From Actinomycetota bacterium (GTDB lineage Bacteria; Actinomycetota; Thermoleophilia; RBG-16-64-13): a DNA stretch of 56,804 bases. Position numbers and translations under genes: made by a program. The notes beneath the pieces are model-generated. The model did not search any database. It was not told the DNA's origin and saw only the letters and a list, made by a program, of their open reading frames with translations. The stretch covers positions 1 through 56,804 of the forward strand of contig JAMDEO010000059.1 in the NCBI GenBank assembly GCA_023483915.1, given 5' to 3'. Shown here in pieces: positions 28,921-40,651 of the stretch (its first letter is position 1; every line of letters begins with the position of its first letter).

Positions 28921-29022
28921 GTAGGGACGGGGTCAGGTTTTCAGCCGCCCGTTAAACGATCCGCAAAGATGGCGGACATCCCTACAGTGATCATCAGAGC
29001 CCGGTAACTCCCGGGCTCTTTT
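28921..29022 (+). ncRNA. Candidate structured small RNA
   Basis: TTGATT-16bp-TATGAT upstream; closing stem GTAGGGA/TCCCTAC around two hairpins; followed by a terminator. Confidence 0.5.
28996..29022 (+). terminator. Intrinsic terminator
   Basis: AGAGCCCGG-taactc-CCGGGCTCT followed by T run. Confidence 0.75.
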
Positions 29023-29105
29023 CATCTTCTTAAACGGCCATGCTCCTGTGGACGTTGAATGTGAACGACCTCAAATGCAATCCAGACGTCAAAGTCAATG
29101 GTGGA

Positions 29106-29750
29106 TCACCGCCCACCCGATTGCGAGCGTCGCGGTGTCAATTCGACCCCATGGTTGGCCGCAAGTTGCTTGAGCGCGAGTGATAGACCAATGCCGAACT
29201 TATCATACCGCAGCCTAGGTTGCCTAAGTTCCTCCCAAACGTGATAACCCGCTCGCATTGCCTGTTTCTTGTCGTCATGGAGTTCGGTGAAGTAATCTGG
29301 TAGGCTCCACGGGTCACCCCAATACTCTGATTCCTTGAAGTACACGTCAATTCGCTGGGGTGTAACGTACGTCCGACGTATCTCAACTCTCTCTACAGTC
29401 TGAATTTCACCGGTTGGTCCCAGCCATAAGACGGTGTAGTAGTCTTCCCACATTAGACCGGCATGCTCATTCTCCTGCCGACGCTGGCTCGTCGTCATAT
29501 CAACGGACTTCATCAACCCGAATCTCTTGACCTGAAACAGCTGCCAGGCGCGTCCTCTGCAGCGCCGGTAAGGCACAGAAACAGCTTCCTTACCAAAGGG
29601 GAACTTGCTCCGATACTCTGTCTCATAGCCGTATTCCATTTGCTCAGGCGGTTCATGACCGGCTTGAGTGAGTGCGGCCGCTACCTTCCGTGCATAGGCG
29701 GCGAGTCTATCGCGGGCTTCCGGAGTTATTGTTTGATGGTAGGAGCTCAC
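29106..29750 (-). CDS. Hypothetical protein, paralog B (214 aa)
   Basis: GGAG RBS + GTG; collinear similarity to 29868-30512. Confidence 0.8.
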   Translation of the reverse strand: MSSYHQTITPEARDRLAAYARKVAAALTQAGHEPPEQMEYGYETEYRSKFPFGKEAVSVPYRRCRGRAWQLFQVKRFGLMKSVDMTTSQRRQENEHAGLMWEDYYTVLWLGPTGEIQTVERVEIRRTYVTPQRIDVYFKESEYWGDPWSLPDYFTELHDDKKQAMRAGYHVWEELRQPRLRYDKFGIGLSLALKQLAANHGVELTPRRSQSGGR

Positions 29751-29867
29751 GACTCCCGTCTTCCGCAGTCTTGCCCTGTGGAACTAGCGCCACTTCGGCT
29801 CCGTGGATGCTTTCCTGCAGACCTCCAACGGGAGAGGCGCGTTGCAGTGTCATTGGGTAAAACAATG

Positions 29868-30512
29868 CTAGAGGTCACGACGCTGTGCTCGGTTCTGCGA
29901 CAGGTCAACGCCATGACTCGTTGCGAGTTGCCTCAGCGCCATTGATAGGCCTATACCGAATTTGTCATAGCGCAGTCTGGGCTGGCGGAGTTCCACCCAC
30001 ACCCAATAACCAGCTTGCTTTGCTTGCTTCTTGTTTTCATACTTCGTATTCACGTAGTCTGGTAGGCTCCACAGGTCTCCCGAATATTCTGGTACCTTAT
30101 AGTACACATCGACCCGCTCAGGAGTGATGTAACTCCTGCATATCTCGGCCCTTTCCAGCACCTCAATCTCGCCATTCCTTCGCAGCCATATGACGATACT
30201 GTAGTCTTCATGCATCAAGCCAGCATGCTCATTCCTTCTTCGAGACGAGTCGAGTCTCATAGCCATCTGCTTGACCAGGTACAACCTCGTGACACTGAAC
30301 ACCTCCCAGGCGTGCCCCTTGGACCTCCGGAAAGGTACATCGACAGCTTCCTTCCCGAAGGGAAACTTCCTCTGCCACTCTGTCGTGAAGCCGTACTCGA
30401 TTTGCTCCGGCGGTTCGTGCCCAGCCCGCGTGAGGGTGCTCGCCACCTTACGCGCATAGGCGGCAAGCCTCTCGCGCGCCTCCGGAGTCCTTGTTTGGTG
30501 GTACAAGTCCAC
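29868..30512 (-). CDS. Hypothetical protein, paralog A (214 aa)
   Basis: GGAG RBS + GTG; shares RLAAYARKVA, KFPFGKEAV, NEHAGLM, WSLPDY, ELRQPRLRYDKFGIGLS with paralog B. Confidence 0.8.
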   Translation of the reverse strand: MDLYHQTRTPEARERLAAYARKVASTLTRAGHEPPEQIEYGFTTEWQRKFPFGKEAVDVPFRRSKGHAWEVFSVTRLYLVKQMAMRLDSSRRRNEHAGLMHEDYSIVIWLRRNGEIEVLERAEICRSYITPERVDVYYKVPEYSGDLWSLPDYVNTKYENKKQAKQAGYWVWVELRQPRLRYDKFGIGLSMALRQLATSHGVDLSQNRAQRRDL

Positions 30513-30610
30513 GACTCCGCTCCCTTACTCAAAGACCTGTCGGGTATTCACCTAGTCGACGATACTAATGCACGTGGCCGCCTTCCCGAAAGCCCAACCA
30601 CAACAGATCA

Positions 30611-31855
30611 TCAATTTAGAGCCAGTCGCTGCCCGAGGTGCAAAAGGAGTTGTGGATCGTCGATAGAGAGAACGCGGTGCTCCTGGGGCGGCGAGCAGTC
30701 AGATGAGACATCACCGGCGAAAGGAATCTTGCCAAGTGCCTCCCGGGCTCGCCCTGTCGTCGAGAACGCACGCGCAAACCGCCGGGGGCTTATCTTCCCC
30801 AAGGAAGAAAGTTCTTCTGCCGCAGCGGCGACTTGGATAAGGGCCTCCCTGAAGCGGTCGTCTTCTACTAGGTAATCCGCGTACTCCAGACGGAGGCCCG
30901 CCAGTATGTCCCCGGTTATCGCGGCTGAACGCTCGTCTTCGACTGCTACATGGGCCAGCAGCCCGAAGGTCTCGGAGTAAGCTCGATCTCGTTCTGCGTC
31001 TCTGCCAAGCCTAGCCAATGACTGGGCACAGTCGGCCAAAGATTCGGCCGCAGACCACTCATCTTCCTGTTCAAGATGCCCTTGGTAGGCCCGTCGGGCA
31101 GCGGCCAGTCGGCGCCGGGGCTTGTTCCAGTAGGCAAACAGCTCTTCAAGCAGTTCATTAGCCTGCGTGACTTGCTCTGATTCGCCGAGTGCCTGCAGGC
31201 TGTGACGAGCGCGCGCGATCACGCGAACTGCCTCTTTGGGTCTGGCTGAGAACATCAGCGTTGCTCCCCGGTCAAGATCACAGCTAAGTGCCCCGCGCTC
31301 GTACCCACTGGCGCGATAGTGAGCAGCAGCAATCGTATAGTTCTCCAGAGCCAGCTCTTGAAGGCCTCGTTCTTCGTGCCAGGCGCCGAGATCGCGTTCC
31401 AGCTCTGCCTGCACCATCAGCGGGTAGGCCATGGCAGCACGGCGGAACCGTGCATACTCAGCGGCGGCCTCAGCCTTGAATCCGAGACGTGAAAGGCAGA
31501 AGGCGCGCGCCCGGGCGCAGACCAAAACAAACGCATTACCCCCTGCCTTGAGCCCGGCCGTAGCAGCGCGATAGGCATCGATGGCCTGCGGGAGGCGTTC
31601 GAGATCAGCATTGAGCTGTGCGAGCGCCCACAGGAGTCTACGCCGGTCGGAATCGCCCTTCGCACCTTCTATCACTTCAGCAGCGATGACCGCGAGAGCC
31701 CACAGCTCAGCCCTACACTTCCCGTCGTGGCGCGTCAGCTGGTCGTACAATCGAGCTGGTGGCAGAGAGGAAAGACGGCGCCGCAGAGTCTCCGGGTCGA
31801 CCCGCACGAGCGCGTCAGGAAGATGAGGAAGCTGCAGTTGCGTTTCCACGGGCAT
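30611..31855 (-). CDS. TPR-like helical repeat protein
   Basis: Repeated LG/LA....A...Y..A helices; GGAGG before MPVET. Confidence 0.65.
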   Translation of the reverse strand: MPVETQLQLPHLPDALVRVDPETLRRRLSSLPPARLYDQLTRHDGKCRAELWALAVIAAEVIEGAKGDSDRRRLLWALAQLNADLERLPQAIDAYRAATAGLKAGGNAFVLVCARARAFCLSRLGFKAEAAAEYARFRRAAMAYPLMVQAELERDLGAWHEERGLQELALENYTIAAAHYRASGYERGALSCDLDRGATLMFSARPKEAVRVIARARHSLQALGESEQVTQANELLEELFAYWNKPRRRLAAARRAYQGHLEQEDEWSAAESLADCAQSLARLGRDAERDRAYSETFGLLAHVAVEDERSAAITGDILAGLRLEYADYLVEDDRFREALIQVAAAAEELSSLGKISPRRFARAFSTTGRAREALGKIPFAGDVSSDCSPPQEHRVLSIDDPQLLLHLGQRLALN

Positions 31856-31948
31856 GTCCTCCAACCATCTTGGCGCTCCGCACACAATACCCTGACCAGG
31901 CTGGAAGATGTGGCTAAAGCCTCGCCGTGTGGACCATGCGGCGGCGAC

Positions 31949-32130
31949 TTACAGAGTTGCATAAACGAAGCACGCGACAACAGTCCGATGATCTTGATGT
32001 CGAGCAGTGCTTTCACGACGGCCCCCAGACTGGGCAGCGCCAGACGTCGGGTCCTTGGGATAAGACCAAGGGTCGCAACCAATGCCGCGACTAGTATCGC
32101 TGTAGCTAATTCGCGGTTCGAGAGTCCCAC
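31949..32130 (-). pseudogene. Truncated, frameshifted membrane protein N-terminus
   Basis: LSNRELATAIL TM start; hydrophobic run continues in a shifted frame (VACFVYATL*) and stops. Confidence 0.45.
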
Positions 32131-32149
32131 AGGCCATGAAACCCAACGG

Positions 32150-34849
32150 CTAGCTCAGCCGCCGTTTCATGTCGTACTTCTGGTACTTCATGCCATAGGT
32201 CGGCACGCCGCCCTCCAAGTACTTGATAGCCTCCTCAGCGATCTCCGGGCTGTCTATTGCCCCACTGAATACGACCTGGCCACGGTGGGCATCGGCTTCC
32301 AAAATGATGTATTGGTCAGTGTCTGAGGGCACAGCAAGGTTGGCGTTATGCGTCGTGAAGATGAACTGCCGGGTCTCCTTACCGATGCGGAGTTTTGAGC
32401 ACATGTCTTCCCAGATTGAACGCATGTCGAGGGAGTCTTCCGGCTGGTCCACTATTACTGGCATCGTGCCTTCACAGAGCGCCATTACCAGCATCGCCGT
32501 GCACTTCTGGCCCGTCGAGACGTCGCGCAGCAGCTCAAACCGGTCTTCGGCGCCGACGCCAACGTTGACCATGATTTCGGGGCGGTCCTTCGGCATCGCC
32601 TGATATTGCAGGGCAAGCAACTCCTCGTATTGATAGGTCTTGAGCAGGAAGTCCGCCAGTGTCTTCATGCGCTGCAGATCGATCCCTACGAGATTGGAAA
32701 TCGCCTTGAGGAACTGCTCCTTGTTTACACTCGCCGCATCGTATCGGAGTAAGTTGAGAATGAAATCGCTGGGGCTAATCTTCTGGGAGATTCGGTCTAT
32801 CTCGTCATCCCTTAGGTACGATCCTTTCTTGAGGCCAAGCAACCGGGTCCGGAACTCGTCAACATTTGAAGACTCTGTGACCGCTGCTTTTACCCGACCG
32901 CCCGAGTGGTCCCCGAAATCCGCGCACTTGCGTTTTCTCTCCGCCGTGTATTCGGAATAGGTAGTCGAGAGCTGCCCGAGGATTTCGTCCCTTTGTTCGC
33001 GTATCTTCTTGACTTTGCTCGCGCGTGCGTGAGCCTCCGCCGCCAGCTTGCTGAGTCGCTGCCATTCAAGAACCTGCTTCTCACGCTGAGTGCTCAAGCC
33101 CCGGAAATCACCTCCTAACCGCTCGATTTCCTTGTCGTAGGCTTGCTTGTCACGGTCAAACTGCGCGCGATATCGTGCGAGTTCGTCACGTGACCCCTGT
33201 GCCAGCGTTTCAAAGGCCGTCACAGTCTCGCTAATGCCCTTGGTCGCGGCATCACGCGCCCGTACGGAGATATCGGCCGCCCTCTTCAATGCTGGGTCGT
33301 CTTTTACCAACTCATCCAGTCCTGGCGGCGAAAGCTCTGCTAGCTCGTCACAAAACCGCGTAAGTCTCTGGTTGATTGACTCTACGAATTCGGCCTGCGA
33401 GGAAAGACCCTGCATCTTCTTTTGCGCCTCCGAGAAGCGCTCAAATACGTCGCTCTTTAGCCGGGCATCCAATCCGTCGATCGTGGTCCTCAGATTCGCT
33501 ACCTGAGCGTCAAGTTCCTGAGCCTCGCGTATCGCCCTCAGACTAACCGCGAAGTCCCCATCGATCTCCTGGAGGCGTTTCTCGAGTTCGCGGATACGAT
33601 TTTGGTAGTAGCGGAAATCAAAGAAGCTGTCGATGAAACGGATCTGCTCGTCCTCACTTTCAGCAATCCGAACGATCTCATTCTGGCTCAGGAATAGCAC
33701 CGGAAAAACGCTGGCAGGGTCTGGCGACTGGGGATCGGCGTACGGGTGGTCGTCGACGACATCATACTTGCGCGTAAACGAGTGTCGCGTGCCGGCCTCG
33801 TCAACTATGTCGCAGGCGGCTTCGCCGAAGCGTTCCAGCTTCATCTCAAGTTTTCGATCATGGTCTTCCCGTATGTGTTTCTGGCTGGGCTCTTGATTCA
33901 GCGCGAACCGCAGAAACTCGATGAGAAGAGATTTGCCAGCACCCTTTGCGCCAAGAATGGTATTGAGGCCTGGATGAAGCTCCACGGACATGCCGTCAAG
34001 AAACCCACCCTTTACACTTAGCCTCTCGAGCCGGGGGTATCCCGGCCCGCCATCCGCCACTTCAAAGTGCTGCCGGATGCGAACGTCCCGGTCTATGAAG
34101 CACTGCCTCAGACTTTCCAGTGTAACGACTGAGTCAACCTTAAAGTACGTATAGCGCGAGCCTATGCCAGCAAGACAGTGTCCAGCAATCTCGCCATTGG
34201 CCAGCAAGCGCGGATTGTCGGATGCTTCGTACACCGCCAGCCTTTTGTTCGAGAACTCTTCGTGCTTCCCATCTAGCCAATCCACCGCTCGCTTGCCACT
34301 CGCTTTCTTCTCTTCAGAGAAATCTGCATCCGTGACCTCGACTGCGTACAGATTGGGATTCGAGAAAACAGTCTTCCGAGAGGCGCCTCGGATCTCGGCC
34401 AATACTCCTTTTGAGGAATTGGCGTGAGCCAGGATCGCAAGGCCACCATGCTGATGAATCTTGCTGATCACATCAGCAATGTCAGTGGCAATAATGTCCC
34501 GCTTTCCGTACTTTGCGGCGGGTATTCCAACTGCGCCAAGGAGATTCTCGATATCCTTGGCCGTCTTCGAAACATCAAAGATGCCAACGACGTGAATCCC
34601 GTTCTGCCCGCCAATGACGGGAATCTCAACACCCGGAAAAACAGCCAGCTCCGTTTTAGCCGCAGCAGCCTGAACTTCATCTACCATCCCCGCCGAGTGG
34701 TGATCCGTGACTGCAATGCCCCGAAGCCCGCTCTTGATGGCAGCCTCTACTATCTGCGCCCCGGTGACGCTTTTGTCGTCAAAATCCTCTGAAGCGGGTG
34801 TGTGCACGTGAAGGTCGAGCTTTTCGTACCTGAGCCCGGGACATCTCAT
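32150..34849 (-). CDS. PHP-domain + SMC-like ABC ATPase (Ppl/TrlF-like defence protein)
   Basis: DLHVHTPAS, VTDHH, GVEI, AHA, SDN; GAKGAGKS; coiled coil; STGQ, DQPED, THN. Confidence 0.85.
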   Translation of the reverse strand: MRCPGLRYEKLDLHVHTPASEDFDDKSVTGAQIVEAAIKSGLRGIAVTDHHSAGMVDEVQAAAAKTELAVFPGVEIPVIGGQNGIHVVGIFDVSKTAKDIENLLGAVGIPAAKYGKRDIIATDIADVISKIHQHGGLAILAHANSSKGVLAEIRGASRKTVFSNPNLYAVEVTDADFSEEKKASGKRAVDWLDGKHEEFSNKRLAVYEASDNPRLLANGEIAGHCLAGIGSRYTYFKVDSVVTLESLRQCFIDRDVRIRQHFEVADGGPGYPRLERLSVKGGFLDGMSVELHPGLNTILGAKGAGKSLLIEFLRFALNQEPSQKHIREDHDRKLEMKLERFGEAACDIVDEAGTRHSFTRKYDVVDDHPYADPQSPDPASVFPVLFLSQNEIVRIAESEDEQIRFIDSFFDFRYYQNRIRELEKRLQEIDGDFAVSLRAIREAQELDAQVANLRTTIDGLDARLKSDVFERFSEAQKKMQGLSSQAEFVESINQRLTRFCDELAELSPPGLDELVKDDPALKRAADISVRARDAATKGISETVTAFETLAQGSRDELARYRAQFDRDKQAYDKEIERLGGDFRGLSTQREKQVLEWQRLSKLAAEAHARASKVKKIREQRDEILGQLSTTYSEYTAERKRKCADFGDHSGGRVKAAVTESSNVDEFRTRLLGLKKGSYLRDDEIDRISQKISPSDFILNLLRYDAASVNKEQFLKAISNLVGIDLQRMKTLADFLLKTYQYEELLALQYQAMPKDRPEIMVNVGVGAEDRFELLRDVSTGQKCTAMLVMALCEGTMPVIVDQPEDSLDMRSIWEDMCSKLRIGKETRQFIFTTHNANLAVPSDTDQYIILEADAHRGQVVFSGAIDSPEIAEEAIKYLEGGVPTYGMKYQKYDMKRRLS

Positions 34850-34901
34850 AACCACATCCCCCTCCAGCGTCGCGCGAGGCAGAACCGGGCAAGATCGACC
34901 A

Positions 34902-35613
34902 TCATGATGACCACTCCTGATGAGCCAGCGGCGCCTGATTGAGCAGATCTCGCAGGGCTCGCCAGGTGGGAAGATACTCATCCATCAGGGTCACGAATCG
35001 CTCCCCATGGGTCCTCTCTCGCAGGTGAGCCATCTCATGAACAAGGATGTACTCCAAACAACTGGGATGTTTCTTGGCTAACTCCAGGTTCAAGGAAATG
35101 CGTCCCGACGTTGGATTGCACGATCCCCATTTCGTCTTCATTCGGCGGACCATCCAGCCACTCACTTGCTTGCCGACGATTGGCTCCCACTTCGCGAGTA
35201 GGCCGGGCACGGCAGCTTTGAGCTGCTTTCTATACCACGCGTCAAGAAGACTCCGACGTTCCTCCGTGTCCGTGTCTCTTGGAACCAGCAGGTGCAGTTT
35301 CGTTCCGCTGATCCGTACTTGTGGCCTCCCCTCCTCCTCAGTAATCACAAGTCTGAATCGAGAGCCCCAAGCATAGTGCGACTCACCGGAAACCATCTCG
35401 CGGGCGGATTGGCGACTAGCGTCTCGCAGCCGTTCCCGCTGCTTCTTGATCCAGGGCAGTCTATGGACTATGGCCAGACGCACGTCCTCTTCGGACAATC
35501 GCTCTGGAGCTGCCACACGGACTCGGCCGGATGGCGGATACACACCGATATGCAGGTTCTTGATGTCTTTGAAGATGACATCCACGCCGATACCCGAGAT
35601 CCGTAGGTAGGCA

Positions 35614-35630
<17 letters not shown>
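34902..35630 (-). CDS. YgjP/DUF45 (M48-like) zinc metallohydrolase associated with type I R-M
   Basis: MKTKWGSC, YILVHEMAHL, HGERF. Confidence 0.88.
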
Positions 35631-38696
<3,066 letters not shown>

Positions 38697-38700
<4 letters not shown>

Positions 38701-39419
38701 GAAGCCGTCTCCAGTTCTGCCGCGTCCACCCAACGTGCCAGCACGCTAAGCGCAGCCAGATACTCCAGCGCTTCTTGCTCTAGGAGTTCTTGGGCGGCTT
38801 CGTGGCTGAGCGGATTGCGAATGCCTGCAAAAATGCCCTCGGCGAACGCCATCGCGCCGCGCTGTACCGACTTGTAGGTGTCGCTGTTGTCTGGCGTCAT
38901 GCGCCGAAGTCGTGGCTTGCCGCGCACAGCAGCGTCGAGCGTGAAAGCCTGCTTGAACAAGTCTGTCTCACTTACATCGCGGCGTCCTACCTTGTTCTGC
39001 GTCTCGGCATTGAGCTTCCTAATCGCGCCTTCGACGGCCTCACGATAATGACCGGACTGCCAGAGCGACGATGCGCCGTTCCAGATCCACGGGTGAAGCT
39101 CGGCGGCTGAGAGTTCGGGTGCGTTCTCTCCCAGGTTCTGCTTGATCTCTTGCTGACGTTCTAGTTCCACGCGCGTGCGCAACGCGGCCTCTCGGTGGCG
39201 ACTCCAGCGATTGCTTGCGGAGTTGTCGGGAACCTCAGTACGCCAGTTCGGAATCACGCGAGTCAGTATCTTCTCAACGACAGGAGCCTGTTGGGTAACT
39301 TCTACATCGGACGCGGCAGTCTTGTCTGCGGTTGTGAAATAGGCTCCGCTGCTCGCATTAGTCATCACGGTCATCTGGATGAACTTGTCCAACTCGGCAA
39401 TCGCCCATTCCGTGTTCAT
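38697..39419 (-). CDS. TIGR02391 (Ymh) family protein with HEPN-type RxxxxH motif
   Basis: LHPWIW...GHYREAV...GIRNPLSH...ALEYLAALS. Confidence 0.8.
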
Positions 39420-40651
39420 GCCGTGACCTCGACGGGCAAGCGGGTTCGCCCATTGAAAAGCTCCTGCATCATGCCTCGCTTGATGGCTCGTGCCTTCTCA
39501 AGACGTGTCTTAACCACGGCAATCTCAGCGTCAGCGTCCCACAGAACATCGCCTATCGCCTCCTGCTCGTCTAGGGCCGGTGCACTTACAGGAATCGCAG
39601 CAACCTTGCGGGCACTGATTTCGAGAAAGGTACTCCCAGCAGCACGTGATTCCAGCTCGGACGTGTTGTGTTGTATCCAGTAGTAGAGAAACCAGACCGA
39701 CTTTGGACTCAGAGGGACAAGGGAAGCAAAGCCTTGGTTGGTGGAGGCAGGCGCAACAGTAACGGCGCAGTTTCCGATACTCGCCCTTGACGTGACAAGC
39801 ACCGAGCCTGCAGGCAGAAGACACGCACCGGAATTGGCTAGACCTTCGCGACTGATTGTGCGGTGAGACCGCTTGACCAGCCCCGAACCTGCCGCGTCGA
39901 TCTCCGCTGGTGTGAACCAGGGAATGCCGCCGCCCCAGTAGGCAGGAATGCGCGTCGAGGGTGTTCCGCCGCCGACGACACGAGCGAGTGAGCCCACTGT
40001 TGTGGTGTCCCACTTTTCTGTGAATCCAGGCAACCGCGTCCTGCCGGTAAGAAGCTCTTGCATCATGCCCTGCTTGACAAGCCGCTTTTTGGCAAGCAGA
40101 GTATCAAGAGACGTAGTGAGTCCATCAACATCGCCCAGAACAGCGGCTATGGCGTGCTGTTCAGGATCGCTAGGGAACGGGACCTGAATTTCTCGAATAA
40201 GCCTTGTGTTGAGATTTGGCTGCCCATTCCCAGGAGCCACAACCTCCCGCAAGTATTTTGTCTGTGTGTTGATGTAGTAGCAGAGGAACTCTTTGTTGCC
40301 AGAATGTTGGTCGATGAGTGCAGCAATTCCGTCGTTTGCGCAGCACTTGATATCAAGTATCTTGGCTACGCCGAGTGTCGCACCGCTGTTCGCCAGAATG
40401 AGGGTGTTGGGTGGAAGGGTGCGACTTCGTTCTGAGCCTTCTTCTGTCAGTCCGGTTGCTGTCTCAGTTACGTGCATGCGGTTGTCTTCCAGGGTCGTAA
40501 GAGCCGCCACCGTCAGCCACGGGATGAAGGTGCCGTTGAAGAAACGCGGGTCGCCTGCAGGTCTCGGTGAGCCTCCGCGCACAACACGACCGAGCTGTCC
40601 GAGAGACCTTGTCTGCCAACCAGTGGGCGGGTTCGTGGTGGCGTCGGTCAT
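39416..40651 (-). CDS. hsdS: Type I R-M specificity subunit
   Basis: Two TRDs each followed by EQ.AI...K.GMMQEL..GRTRLP. Confidence 0.93.
   Translation of the reverse strand: MTDATTNPPTGWQTRSLGQLGRVVRGGSPRPAGDPRFFNGTFIPWLTVAALTTLEDNRMHVTETATGLTEEGSERSRTLPPNTLILANSGATLGVAKILDIKCCANDGIAALIDQHSGNKEFLCYYINTQTKYLREVVAPGNGQPNLNTRLIREIQVPFPSDPEQHAIAAVLGDVDGLTTSLDTLLAKKRLVKQGMMQELLTGRTRLPGFTEKWDTTTVGSLARVVGGGTPSTRIPAYWGGGIPWFTPAEIDAAGSGLVKRSHRTISREGLANSGACLLPAGSVLVTSRASIGNCAVTVAPASTNQGFASLVPLSPKSVWFLYYWIQHNTSELESRAAGSTFLEISARKVAAIPVSAPALDEQEAIGDVLWDADAEIAVVKTRLEKARAIKRGMMQELFNGRTRLPVEVTA

Noticed and set aside
28921-28985. Hammerhead ribozyme or tRNA
   Set aside because: No CUGANGA/GAAA core in the required positions and no T-loop or CCA on either strand
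29099-29105. TGGTGGA as an internal att site
   Set aside because: A 7-bp match is expected by chance; no HTH tail or integrase adjacent
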